Origin: Patescibacteria group bacterium
GTDB lineage: Bacteria > Patescibacteriota > Patescibacteriia > Veblenbacterales > UBA10138
Direction of reading: 5' to 3'
NCBI GenBank assembly: GCA_043823825.1
Contig: JBDRTU010000026.1
Location: forward strand, 43-64,042
Length of the DNA: 64,000 nt
The position numbers and the translations under genes were made by a program. Under the pieces are notes generated by a model. It worked only from the letters and a program-made list of their open reading frames with translations, was not told the origin of the DNA and searched no databases. Below are positions 9,310 to 19,398 of this stretch, piece after piece (the first letter of the stretch is position 1; each line of letters opens with the position of its first letter).

Positions 9310-10425
9310 TTACCCTATTTGACTCAAGGCAGATTCGTAGCAATTCAAGGTTTGCCGGGCTACCTGCTGCCAACTGTAACGACTTAATACGCGAGGAATT
9401 TCTTTTAAAAAACTAAAATCAGTTTTTTCCCCTGCTAATACTGTTTTTAGCACATTAAATAATGAATCTGACGAATTATAATTAAAATAAGCCACTGCTG
9501 AATCCAATATCTCACGATGGATGTTGATATCACTCGCCACCACCGGCAAATTAAAAGACAGTGCTTCTACTGCTCCTAAATTAAATCCTTCGGCTAAGGA
9601 TGGGGTGATATAAACTTTGGCTTGCCTAAATAAAGTAGTTAAGGTAAGGTCGTCAGCCTCGCCCCAGAAAACCACCTGTTTATTTTTATTTTGATTTATT
9701 AACTGCTGCTCTAACCTTTGGTAAAAATAATCACGACGGCCGACTAAAATTAATTTAAGATTTGGATAATCCCGAAGCAGTTGTTGATGAGCGTCAATCA
9801 ACAATTCTAAATTTTTATGAGGATAAGCAGCACCTACATTTAATAAATAAGGTTGGGCCACTAATCTGTTGCCAGGCGACTGACCATCCATATGTCCGTC
9901 TATTGTCGGAGCTTCATAAATCACCTCTATCTTATTTTTTACTTCTGGATAATAAGAGGCTAAATCATTGGCTGTAGTTTGGCTGACAGTGATGATTTTT
10001 TGAGCGCCCGCAACAGCTCTTTTAAAAGTTAAATAAGAAAGTGCTAGTTTAAATTTATAAATCGGAAGTGGTAAGGTAGTGGCTCGCTCACTTGGAAAAT
10101 GGTGCAAGATTAAATCGTGAATTGTTACGACATAGGGCCGGCGATATCTTAAGGGCACATTCCAATGTGGAAAGTGTACAAGATCAAGGTTGGCTTGCCG
10201 AAATAGTCGAGGTAGCCTTAGCTGCTCATTAATTGAATATACTCGCGGACGAGCGTTAATTATTCGCCAATTATTTGGCAAGTCGTCAATAATCTTTGGA
10301 TCTCCAAATAATGAATAACAATTTTTAGTATCAAGTCGTTGCAGCTCTTTAATTAAATTAAAGGTATACCGCCCAATGCCTCGATGATGAGTACCATAAA
10401 GTCTAGCGTCAATGCCGATTTTCAT
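9310..10425 (-). CDS. Glycosyltransferase family 4
   Basis: IGIDAR...GIGRY, TIHDL, PHKNL, PSLAEGFNLGAVEA. Confidence 0.92.
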   Translation of the reverse strand: MKIGIDARLYGTHHRGIGRYTFNLIKELQRLDTKNCYSLFGDPKIIDDLPNNWRIINARPRVYSINEQLRLPRLFRQANLDLVHFPHWNVPLRYRRPYVVTIHDLILHHFPSERATTLPLPIYKFKLALSYLTFKRAVAGAQKIITVSQTTANDLASYYPEVKNKIEVIYEAPTIDGHMDGQSPGNRLVAQPYLLNVGAAYPHKNLELLIDAHQQLLRDYPNLKLILVGRRDYFYQRLEQQLINQNKNKQVVFWGEADDLTLTTLFRQAKVYITPSLAEGFNLGAVEALSFNLPVVASDINIHREILDSAVAYFNYNSSDSLFNVLKTVLAGEKTDFSFLKEIPRVLSRYSWQQVARQTLNCYESALSQIG

Positions 10426-11573
10426 ATAGCTTTAAATAAATCATTTAGTTGTTGGGCTGAAGTTTGCCAAGAAAATTTGAGGGCCTGTGTTTTTCCGGAT
10501 TTTCTCAAACTGTCTTTTAACTTCTGGTTAAACAATATTAAGTTTATACCATTCTGCCATTCTGACACTACCCAAGGATCTAAGAGTAAGGCCGCCTCCC
10601 CTACCACCTCAGGTAACGAACTTGTGTTTGAGACCAAACAAGGAGTGCCGCTGGCTATGGCTTCTAAAACAGGGAAACCAAATCCTTCGTAAAACGACGG
10701 ATAAAGAAATAATGAAGCTTTTTGATAAAGCGCAGGCTGTAATTCCCTAGGCACATAACCAATAAAATGTACACGATTTTTGCTTTTCATCTGCTGCCAA
10801 TATTTTAGAGTATGACCGAAACTCCAGCCAAAAGCTCCAGCGATCACTAAGTCGTATCGAAAGCTGTTATTTTGATTAATCAGCTCTTGATAAGCTTTAA
10901 GCAATAATAAATGATTTTTTCGCGGCTCAACTGTGCCAACTGACAACAAATATTTTTCCGGTAAATCGTACTGCTGGTTTATCGCATGAATATGGTGCTC
11001 ACTGGCTTGTTTAAAAAAAATCGGATCAACAGCCGGATGAATTACTTTAATACGACCCTCAAGCTGTGGCTTGAGCTCCAGAATATCATTTTTGGTATGT
11101 TCTGACACAGCGACCACTGCGTCAAAATCTTTGACAGTCTGCAGCATTTTTTTCATGGAAGATAAATACCACCACCTTTTTTTAGCAGAAAAAAATTGAG
11201 GGAAATGAATAAAAGACAAATCGTGAATGGTTAAAACTTTCTTAACTACCTTGGATAACTGAAAAAAATGCAGGTTGGGCAACCAGAATAAATCTACAGA
11301 TGAACTGCGACTACTTATTATTTGATCTAGCTTCGGCCAATAACCAAGACGCAGACCCAAATCTTGTAGTTTATTAGGGTAGTGAGTAGCCACTAAATGA
11401 CCCCACTGTTGCAACTCTTTGGGTAAATTATTCCTTTGCCAACCGTTGGCATAGAAAAATAAAGTCGGAGGTTGAGGTAGATTAACTAACTCCTCGATTA
11501 AATGCCAAGTATTTTCTGCTACTCCAGTCCAATACTTATCTTGTAAACACCTAACATCTATCGCCACCTTCAT
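10422..11573 (-). CDS. Glycosyltransferase family 4
   Basis: TIHDLSF, GTVEPRKN, YPSFYEGFGFPVLEA. Confidence 0.93.
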   Translation of the reverse strand: MKVAIDVRCLQDKYWTGVAENTWHLIEELVNLPQPPTLFFYANGWQRNNLPKELQQWGHLVATHYPNKLQDLGLRLGYWPKLDQIISSRSSSVDLFWLPNLHFFQLSKVVKKVLTIHDLSFIHFPQFFSAKKRWWYLSSMKKMLQTVKDFDAVVAVSEHTKNDILELKPQLEGRIKVIHPAVDPIFFKQASEHHIHAINQQYDLPEKYLLSVGTVEPRKNHLLLLKAYQELINQNNSFRYDLVIAGAFGWSFGHTLKYWQQMKSKNRVHFIGYVPRELQPALYQKASLFLYPSFYEGFGFPVLEAIASGTPCLVSNTSSLPEVVGEAALLLDPWVVSEWQNGINLILFNQKLKDSLRKSGKTQALKFSWQTSAQQLNDLFKAI

Positions 11574-12670
11574 CTTTTTTGTACTTTAACTACAAACTCG
11601 TTTAATCTTTCCTTAAACACCGTGCTGTCAAACTTTTCGGCTACTCGTCTTAATTTCACAGGATCATATTTTTTTTGATCAAAACGAACTACAGCATCGG
11701 CTAATGCCTCCCAACTCTGCTCATTAAAAAATACTCCCGTGGAGCCCGGTTGAATAATCTCTAAAGCACCACCTTTACCATAGGCGATAACTGGTCGACC
11801 CGAAGATAATGCTTCCACTGCGGTAATACCAAAATCCTCCTCTTGCGGGAAAATTAACGCTTTACAGCGCGATAAATAATAAACTTTTTCCGATTCTGTG
11901 GCTTGGCCAAGAAATTCAATATTGTCACGAGCAATTTTTTTTAGATCATTATATTGCTCTCCAACCCCAATTATTTTTAATGGAATACCCAGCTTGTTAA
12001 ATGCCTTCACAGCTAAATCAACGCGCTTGTAAGGGCGCAAGCGGGAGATCACTAAAAAATAATCTTCAATTTTATCACTAATAGTAAACTGCTTAACATC
12101 TACTGGAGGGTAAATTACTGTGGCAGGACGCCGATAATAGCGTTTTATCCTGTGGGCCACAAACTGGGAATTAGCAATAAAATGATCCACTCGTTGAGCC
12201 GCTAACTGATCCCACACTCTTAGTTTGGTCAACACCATGGGTAAGAGCTTTTTTATTAAACGCGGCTGTTCTAACTCTTCTTTATATTGATGAGTATCAC
12301 TCCATAAATAGCGAGTAGGGCTATGGCAATAACAAAGATGGATAGACTCTGGCTTTAACACTAAACCTTTAATTAAAGCTGAACAGGAGCTAATCACTAA
12401 ACCATATTCAGACAAATCTAAATCCTCAACTGCTGCTGGCATCAACCCTAAATACCACTTAAACAACTTGGGTGAACCAGGAAGTTTTTGAATAAAAGAA
12501 GTTCTAATATCCCAACAGTCAAACATCTTACCAACAGTGTCTTGATTAAAAATTAAAGTAAAAACCGGCGCTTCGGGATAAATAATGTGAAACTCGGCTA
12601 ACACTTTTTCTGCACCGCCAAACTGATTTAGGTGATCATGAGCTAGGGCTACTTTTGAATTAGACGGCAT
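11570..12670 (-). CDS. Glycosyltransferase family 4
   Basis: AHDHLNQFGGAEKVL, YCHSPTRYLW, EEDFGITAVEA. Confidence 0.93.
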   Translation of the reverse strand: MPSNSKVALAHDHLNQFGGAEKVLAEFHIIYPEAPVFTLIFNQDTVGKMFDCWDIRTSFIQKLPGSPKLFKWYLGLMPAAVEDLDLSEYGLVISSCSALIKGLVLKPESIHLCYCHSPTRYLWSDTHQYKEELEQPRLIKKLLPMVLTKLRVWDQLAAQRVDHFIANSQFVAHRIKRYYRRPATVIYPPVDVKQFTISDKIEDYFLVISRLRPYKRVDLAVKAFNKLGIPLKIIGVGEQYNDLKKIARDNIEFLGQATESEKVYYLSRCKALIFPQEEDFGITAVEALSSGRPVIAYGKGGALEIIQPGSTGVFFNEQSWEALADAVVRFDQKKYDPVKLRRVAEKFDSTVFKERLNEFVVKVQKR

Positions 12671-14036
12671 ATTTCTTTTGTAAGACTATAATTACTGTCT
12701 TAATTAAAATTAACAAATCGTGCCCCAGAGACCAATTCTCAATATAAAAACTGTCTAACTTTACTTCATCTTCAAAAGACAAACTAGAACGGCCGGAAAT
12801 TTGCGCCAAACCGGTAATTCCGGGCTTTATATTTAGCAACCGATGATGATGTTGTTGATAACGCGCTACCTCCTGCGGCTCATGCGGACGCGGGCCTACC
12901 AAACTCATATTACCTTTTAGAACATCCCATAATTGTGCAAGCTCATCTAAACTCCATGTTCTTAAAAAACGTCCAAAAGGAGTTATTCGTGGATCGTTCT
13001 GTAATTTAAAGAGCGGACCATCAGTTCGTTCATTTAAAGACATAAGTTTTTCTTTCATTTGATGAGCACCTACTACCATTGAACGAAACTTATGTAAAGT
13101 AAAAGGCCTGCCTCTCTCACCTACCCTTTCTAACTGTACTATTACTGGAGAGCCATAGCCAAAATAAATTACTAAAATCACAACTAACAACAAAGGCGAC
13201 AAAGCAATCATTAAAATAATAGATAAAATAATATCAAATAACCGCTTAACAATTTTCCCCCAGCCGTCTAATGGTGTTCTTTTAATTTCCAATACTGGTA
13301 CACCAGCATAAGTATGCATTACCACATTGTGCAATTGGGCGTTAAATATATCAGCCACATATTTAAACCCAAGATGGTTATTTAAACAATATTCCCAAAT
13401 ATCTACCCGCTCGGTAGGTGATAAATTAGTATCGGATACTATTATTTCATCTAATGTTTTTAAATCATCCTGACTAAGCTCGGGGCTGAATCTGTCTCGA
13501 TTATTTATCACCCGATAACCTAAGGAAGGCGAACTGCGAAATAATTCAACTAACGCCTTGGTATTTTGATCAGCACCTATTACTAACACATTAGATAAAG
13601 CCCAACCTTTGCGGTAGAAAATATTTCTCAATAATTTTAACAAACCGCGCCCTAAACTCACAAATATTACAGCAAATACCCAAAAGGCCAAAACAATAAA
13701 CCTAGATGAAAATAAAGCTTGATTAAAAAAGAATGCAATAATAATGAGCGCTAAACCCGTAGAACAAGCTAAAAAGACTCGGCGAATTTCTTCGTAAAAT
13801 TTTAATCTGGTAGAAATCTGATAAAGACCAGCCAGAGAAAAAAACACAATCCAGACTAAAGAAGCTATTAGAACCAGAGGTAAATATTCATTAAGGGGAA
13901 GATAAAAAAGGATTGGGCGAATATCAGTAACAAAAGTTTCAAAACGCAAAAAATAAGCCAGCAGCCCCGCCAATACTAGTGCAATATAATCAAGAGGAAG
14001 CGCTAGAACAGCTAAGATCAACTGTGACTTCTTCAT
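12660..14036 (-). CDS. Undecaprenyl-phosphate sugar phosphotransferase (WcaJ/CpsE family)
   Basis: N-terminal TMs; KRLFDI, KFRSM, DPRITPFGRFLR..SLDELAQL, SLVGPRP, KPGITGLAQ. Confidence 0.93.
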   Translation of the reverse strand: MKKSQLILAVLALPLDYIALVLAGLLAYFLRFETFVTDIRPILFYLPLNEYLPLVLIASLVWIVFFSLAGLYQISTRLKFYEEIRRVFLACSTGLALIIIAFFFNQALFSSRFIVLAFWVFAVIFVSLGRGLLKLLRNIFYRKGWALSNVLVIGADQNTKALVELFRSSPSLGYRVINNRDRFSPELSQDDLKTLDEIIVSDTNLSPTERVDIWEYCLNNHLGFKYVADIFNAQLHNVVMHTYAGVPVLEIKRTPLDGWGKIVKRLFDIILSIILMIALSPLLLVVILVIYFGYGSPVIVQLERVGERGRPFTLHKFRSMVVGAHQMKEKLMSLNERTDGPLFKLQNDPRITPFGRFLRTWSLDELAQLWDVLKGNMSLVGPRPHEPQEVARYQQHHHRLLNIKPGITGLAQISGRSSLSFEDEVKLDSFYIENWSLGHDLLILIKTVIIVLQKKYAV

Positions 14037-14114
14037 AAGTTACATTATACCATTTATGGTCATTATTTCTAATCAATTAACCTTAGTCTGATTTGTAATT
14101 TTGAGTACAAAAAA

Positions 14115-14565
14115 AGCTAAGTAGACCAATAAGCCGAATTCTGTCTGACCCCGCCGTGTGGCGGGGGAAGCGATTATCTATCTGGGCCGCCTCTCACGAG
14201 GCGAGCTCTAGCTACCAACCCGTCCGTCTCGCCAATTTCTTGGCGGACGAGACCTACTTGGTATTGCACCGGGTAGAGTTTGCCTAGCCCCCGACGTCAC
14301 CGTCGGGGCTGGTGGGCTCTTACATTTTACGCTGAAGCGTTTTATTCCGCCCGTGGCGGACCCACCGTTTCACCTCTTACCTCGCTCTGCCAGATGGCTG
14401 AGCGGGCGAGTCTATTTTCTGTTGCACTTGTCCTACGACCCACTTACGCGGATCAGCGGCTGCTGTTAGCAGTTACCCTCCGCCTATGCGGCGGACACAT
14501 GGTGTTCGGACTTTCCTCCCCCATCTAATAATTAGATGAGAGCAATCGCATAAGTCTACTTAGCT
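14115..14565 (-). ncRNA. rnpB: RNase P RNA (~450 nt)
   Basis: Minus strand has GAGGAAAGTCCGAACACC and ACAGAATTCGGCTTAT; P1 AGCTAAGTAGAC/GTCTACTTAGCT; upstream TTGACA-N16-TATAAT; downstream U-tract. Confidence 0.95.
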
Positions 14566-14744
14566 ATGACATTATACAACACTGAATAATTTTGTCAACG
14601 TTAAAAATCAACTAATAACTATGGGTATTATTCGCGTGAATAATACCTAAGTGCGTAAAACAGCTACTCATTTGTCTTTATACCTATACTAGTACAGTAG
14701 TATAGCTGACAAAAAAGCCTGATTAAGATTATATTAATCTATTA

Positions 14745-15146
14745 TTACTGATCTAAAACTTGGTTCAATAGAATATCAGCTCTTTTGTTCTGCCCACGCA
14801 AAACATGGTGATAGCTAATCTTTTTAAAACTCTGGCTTAAATTCCAAACCTTCACAAACAAACTGGCTAGAGCTTTATCCTTAACTTTATATTCCCTGTT
14901 CAGCTGTCGCGCGACTAGCTCGCTGTCTAAATAACACTTTACTTCTTCGGCGCCTAATTTCTTCACCTCTTCTAAACCAGTAATTAAGGCTAGATACTCT
15001 GCCTCGTTGTTGGTTTTTTCACCTAAATATCTGCCTTGCTCTTTTATAACTTTGCCAGTTTGATCTTCAATCACATAACCAATGGCTGCTGGCCCAGGAT
15101 TCCCCCGCGACCCACCATCAGTTCTTAAAATTACTGATTTACTCAT
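14745..15146 (-). CDS. rnhA: Ribonuclease HI
   Basis: TDGGSRGNPGPAAIG, TNNEAEYLAL, DSELV, NKRAD. Confidence 0.95.
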   Translation of the reverse strand: MSKSVILRTDGGSRGNPGPAAIGYVIEDQTGKVIKEQGRYLGEKTNNEAEYLALITGLEEVKKLGAEEVKCYLDSELVARQLNREYKVKDKALASLFVKVWNLSQSFKKISYHHVLRGQNKRADILLNQVLDQ

Positions 15147-16854
15147 GATGTTTAAAATCCATAATTTTTAATTGCAACTCGCGATTGCCGTTCCACTCAT
15201 TAACGCCTACCTCAAAAGCCACATCTATTTTATCTCCCACTTTTAAATCTACTCCTTTTTGCAAAGCATTAAAAGTAATAAACTTTTTTTCTACTTCCCC
15301 TTGTCTGAGTTGCAAACGCCAGTGCTGTCCCTCGCTTCCAACTGGATTAATAGCTACTACTTCTAAATCAAATAAAGCAAATAGAGGTATAGGGTTAGTT
15401 TGCCCTGTTGGTTCTAATTTTTGTACAGCTTCGTAAACGAGCCAATCTGTCTTTGCTAATTCTAGTTCAGCATCTAATTCAAGTACTGGTGTTAAGTCTT
15501 TATCCTTCAGATGCTGTCTCGCTACCTTATTAAAAGCTTTAATAAACTTTTCATAATTTGCCTTTGTCATTTTATAACCAGCTGCTTGTTTATGCCCACC
15601 ATATTTAATTAAATGCTGATCGGTTTCTTTTAACACCTGCATTAAATCTAACGCCGGAATACTCCTGGCAGAACCAACAATATTATCCCCCTCGGCACAC
15701 ATTACGAGCGCTGGTCGATTATATTTCTGTACTAATTTACCTGCCACCAAACCAACTACTCCTAATGGCCATTCGGGCATAAAAGTAAACACTGCGTAAT
15801 CACTGCGTTTTAATTTACCAACTTGCTCTAAGGCCTGTTGTAACATTTCTTCAGACACGCGCTGACGTTCAGTATTAGTAAGGTTTAAGGAGCGCGCTAA
15901 TTCTTCAGCCTCACAAGAATCCTCTGACATTAGTAGTTGATATCCAGCATTGGCATGATCCATGCGTCCCGCTGCATTAATACGAGGTGCTATTTGCCAA
16001 CCTATAGTATTAGTAGTAATTAACTCTGGATTAACACCTGCCACTTCTATTAATTTTTGCAAACCTAACCGTCTGTTTTTTTGCAATACCACCAAGCCGT
16101 ACTTAACTAGTGTTCTAGCTTCACCAAGTAATGGCACCATATCAGCCACTAATGAAATTGCAACCAAATCCAGCAACCATTTTTCCCAAACCTCTTTTTC
16201 TTTTTCGCCTAATTCACAGTCCCCACCACTTAACAATCCCTGCACTAATTTATAAGCAGTAGCGCCACCGGAAAGGTTTTTGCCCGGATAATTTTCGCGA
16301 GGTAAACTTGGGTGAATAATCGCCACTGCTGGCGGCAAAGTTTCTTTAGCTTGGTGATGATCGGTTATTATGGTATCTATACCCAAACTAGCAGCTAGAG
16401 TGATCTCCTCCACATTAGCAACACCACAGTCGCAGGTGATTATTAGCTTAACTTGCTTATCAGCTAAATATCGAACAGCTGCTTGGTTAATGCCATACCC
16501 CTCGCGTTCGCGATGGGGTAAATAAACCTGCACTTCTGCACCTAATTTTCTCAAACTGCTAACCAAAATTACTGCGCCGGTAACACCATCGGCATCATAA
16601 TCGGCATAAACACATATCAATTCATTCATCTTAATGGCACGATAAATTCTATCAACCGCCATGGCCATATCCTTAAACAAATAAGGATCGTGCACATCTT
16701 CACCCCAATCAGGATTTAAAAACTCGTCAATAGCTTCCTGTTGCATTAAGCTCCGATTGACTAGCAGTTGTAATAAAACCAGCTCGATTTCTGAAAATTG
16801 AGCTTTGATCTGATTAGTAATCGGTTCAGCTATTTTCCATTTTTTTAGAATCAT
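15139..16854 (-). CDS. recJ: ssDNA exonuclease RecJ (start likely ATG 16854 rather than TTG 16890)
   Basis: DYDADG, ITCDCG, TDHH, PRINAAGR, GSARS, GGHKQAAG. Confidence 0.95.
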   Translation of the reverse strand: MILKKWKIAEPITNQIKAQFSEIELVLLQLLVNRSLMQQEAIDEFLNPDWGEDVHDPYLFKDMAMAVDRIYRAIKMNELICVYADYDADGVTGAVILVSSLRKLGAEVQVYLPHREREGYGINQAAVRYLADKQVKLIITCDCGVANVEEITLAASLGIDTIITDHHQAKETLPPAVAIIHPSLPRENYPGKNLSGGATAYKLVQGLLSGGDCELGEKEKEVWEKWLLDLVAISLVADMVPLLGEARTLVKYGLVVLQKNRRLGLQKLIEVAGVNPELITTNTIGWQIAPRINAAGRMDHANAGYQLLMSEDSCEAEELARSLNLTNTERQRVSEEMLQQALEQVGKLKRSDYAVFTFMPEWPLGVVGLVAGKLVQKYNRPALVMCAEGDNIVGSARSIPALDLMQVLKETDQHLIKYGGHKQAAGYKMTKANYEKFIKAFNKVARQHLKDKDLTPVLELDAELELAKTDWLVYEAVQKLEPTGQTNPIPLFALFDLEVVAINPVGSEGQHWRLQLRQGEVEKKFITFNALQKGVDLKVGDKIDVAFEVGVNEWNGNRELQLKIMDFKHHE

Positions 16855-16956
16855 TAATATTATTTTACTGGAAATTGACATTTTTAACAAGAAACATTAC
16901 TCTTATCTTAAAGTAAATAAAAAAACAAATACATAAATTAACTTCCTGGAGAAACA

Positions 16957-17310
16957 ATGCAACTTTTAGATGTGGTGAATTTGTGGGTAATACCCTTAAT
17001 TATTTTAACATTTGCCTTTTCTTGGCTAATACAAAGTGGGAGTAAAGTGCTCTCTAGATTCTTTTTCTCACTTTCCACAACAATCGTGGGCCTTGTATTT
17101 TATGTACTTTTTGAAAAGGGTTTAGTTGAAATTATTAGCATATGCCATTTAAATTTATCAGCCGAAATATTATGGCTAATAAATTTAATGATAATAATTA
17201 TGGCGTGTGGGCTGTCTTTTCTTTTATTATCCATGACAATAAACTTACCAGCCCCGCCAACCTTAAAAGACAAGCTTGGATATCTAGACTCCTTAAAAAA
17301 TAAGCAATAG
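16957..17310 (+). CDS. Hypothetical 3-TM membrane protein
   Basis: TTGACA-N17-TACTCT at 16875-16903, GGAGA SD, hydrophobic ORF. Confidence 0.7.
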   Translation: MQLLDVVNLWVIPLIILTFAFSWLIQSGSKVLSRFFFSLSTTIVGLVFYVLFEKGLVEIISICHLNLSAEILWLINLMIIIMACGLSFLLLSMTINLPAPPTLKDKLGYLDSLKNKQ

Positions 17311-17419
17311 CTTTTTAAAGGGTGTAATAAAATTACACCCTTTATATTTAATTAAAGGCTGTACAAAATTATATAAATAGGATACATTGATCTGAAACAT
17401 AAAAATAAGGATATAAAAA

Positions 17420-17665
17420 ATGAACATACACATAGCATACATATTCGCGGCTATTACCATGGCTACATTCGCGCTTGTATTATTATATACGCGCCAGCGT
17501 TGGTACTTAATTTTACCAGCGACACTAATAAATGCGGCTATTGGAGCGCAACAAAATGAACACATTATTATTAGAATATTAATTGCGCTATTAGTTTTGT
17601 TTTGCTCTAGCCTGATAATGATGATGAAAACTAATTTTTTTTATAAAAAAACAAAAGAGAGCTGA
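17420..17665 (+). CDS. Hypothetical small membrane protein
   Basis: AAGGA SD, three hydrophobic segments, terminator downstream. Confidence 0.6.
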   Translation: MNIHIAYIFAAITMATFALVLLYTRQRWYLILPATLINAAIGAQQNEHIIIRILIALLVLFCSSLIMMMKTNFFYKKTKES

Positions 17666-17697
17666 TATGATTCATAAATACCATCAGCTCTTTTTAT
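17658..17697. terminator. Probable bidirectional intrinsic terminator between convergent genes
   Basis: AGAGCTGAT...ATCAGCTCT stem flanked by A and T runs. Confidence 0.6.
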
Positions 17698-18401
17698 TAA
17701 CTCAATTTTCTTATTAATTCACCAATATAAATATTACCTATCGAATGATCAACTAAAGACTTATCGTTTAATTTCGGGGATTGATTCCAGTATGGTTCTT
17801 TATCTTCTTTACAAAATAAACTATGTTTTTTAAAATTTTCCAACACTTCTTTTTGATCAGTTAATTTTTTTTGAATCTGCCTAAATCTTTCAATCATCTT
17901 TATGGTAAAATCTATTTTTGGATCCAATTCTTTAAATTCTTTATTATTACGCGCATTGAAAAATCCATCTCTAGAAGCAAGTGAATTTAATGAAGTCAAT
18001 AATTTACCAAGATAAAATTTACTAGATTGAGGTTCAATATATTTCAAATATTTTTCCTCTAATTGCTCATCCGGATCATTTTCTGATCCATTAAAACTAC
18101 CATAAAATTCTTCTATATTATTACTAGCTTGCGTCCAGGCCGGATCTCTTTGCTCTATGCCTTTTTCCACCTCTTCTTTTCCGTCACGACTTAACTCTGA
18201 AAATACTTCTGTTCCAGATTTCATCGCCTTGAAATAATCCTCTGTAACTGTTGCTGGTTTATTTTCTTGATCAGTCTCATTCATTAGTCCCTCCTTAATT
18301 TCATCTTGAGAAAATTTACATTGTTCACAATTATCAGGAAAATTAGCATGATTACATAAATCTGAAGATTGATCCATTTTGCTTTTTTCTTCATCTGGCA
18401 T
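17697..18401 (-). CDS. Hypothetical acidic protein with N-terminal C-x-H-x6-C-x2-C motif
   Basis: 234-aa ORF with CNHANFPDNCEQC; very AT-rich. Confidence 0.7.
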   Translation of the reverse strand: MPDEEKSKMDQSSDLCNHANFPDNCEQCKFSQDEIKEGLMNETDQENKPATVTEDYFKAMKSGTEVFSELSRDGKEEVEKGIEQRDPAWTQASNNIEEFYGSFNGSENDPDEQLEEKYLKYIEPQSSKFYLGKLLTSLNSLASRDGFFNARNNKEFKELDPKIDFTIKMIERFRQIQKKLTDQKEVLENFKKHSLFCKEDKEPYWNQSPKLNDKSLVDHSIGNIYIGELIRKLS

Positions 18402-18474
18402 AAATATAAATAATCAATAATTAAAAAATAACTAAATTATACTACTTAAACCACTGTCGTTAATAAACATAATA

Positions 18475-19398
18475 TCAAATATAAACTCTAGAATTAAATT
18501 TATGATTCTGCGTGCCGTACTTTTCAACTGCTCGTGAAGCTATAGCAGCTGCTTGACGACTAGATCTTGTCAGCGGCCATCCGCGTAACAAACCATCAAC
18601 TAAACCAGCGCGATAAGCATCACCCGCGCCAGTTGGATCCACCACTTTTTTCGCTTTAACAGCGGGAATCCGAATCCTTTTGCCTTGATACCATATTTCC
18701 GAACCTTTTGAGCCCAAAGTACGTATTAATATTTTGCATTTATTGATTAAAGATTTTTCCGATAACCCTAATTTCTTGGCAGTTAAACTAATTTCATAAT
18801 CATTCCCAATAAAAACATGAGAACCAGTTACTCCTAAGGCAAGATCGGTAGAAGATAAAATAGGAATTTGTTGCGCTGGATCATAAATATAAGGAGTTCT
18901 AGTTCTTTTACACAACTTTACCAGTCTTTTCATATCACTTACATTACCTGGTGCGATAATCATCATAGATTTATTAAAAACCTTAACAGGAAAAGTTCTG
19001 TAAGGTATTTGCATGGCACCAAAATAAAAGCCAGTTATCTGATTATCATCTTTATCAGTAATAATATAGGCTGATGCTGTGGTAGTATTCCTAACAAGAT
19101 TCAAATACAGAGTATTCACTCCCCTACTCTGTAACCATTTTTTGTATTTAGAAAAATCATTACCAACCGAAGAAAGAATAATGGGCTTATATTTTAACAA
19201 ACAAAGGTTGTAACTAATATTGCCGGCTGTTCCTCCGAAACTTTCTTTTAAAGTGGGCACTGCAAACGACACGTTAATATTATGCAGCTTGTTGGCGATA
19301 AAATTATCTTTAAATCGGCCAGGAAAATCCATCACCCGGTCATAAGCCAACGAGCCGTAGACTACAATCTTATTTAAATTAGGAAATTTCATACTCAA
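18475..19398 (-). CDS. PfkB-family carbohydrate/nucleoside kinase
   Basis: GSLAYD, FGGTAGNI, YDPAQQ, DPTGAGDAYRAG. Confidence 0.92.
   Translation of the reverse strand: MSMKFPNLNKIVVYGSLAYDRVMDFPGRFKDNFIANKLHNINVSFAVPTLKESFGGTAGNISYNLCLLKYKPIILSSVGNDFSKYKKWLQSRGVNTLYLNLVRNTTTASAYIITDKDDNQITGFYFGAMQIPYRTFPVKVFNKSMMIIAPGNVSDMKRLVKLCKRTRTPYIYDPAQQIPILSSTDLALGVTGSHVFIGNDYEISLTAKKLGLSEKSLINKCKILIRTLGSKGSEIWYQGKRIRIPAVKAKKVVDPTGAGDAYRAGLVDGLLRGWPLTRSSRQAAAIASRAVEKYGTQNHKFNSRVYI

Noticed and set aside
14280-14528. 82-aa plus-strand ORF
   Set aside because: Antisense shadow of RNase P RNA
17293-17565. 90-aa minus ORF
   Set aside because: Overlaps SD-led plus-strand membrane ORFs; no start signals
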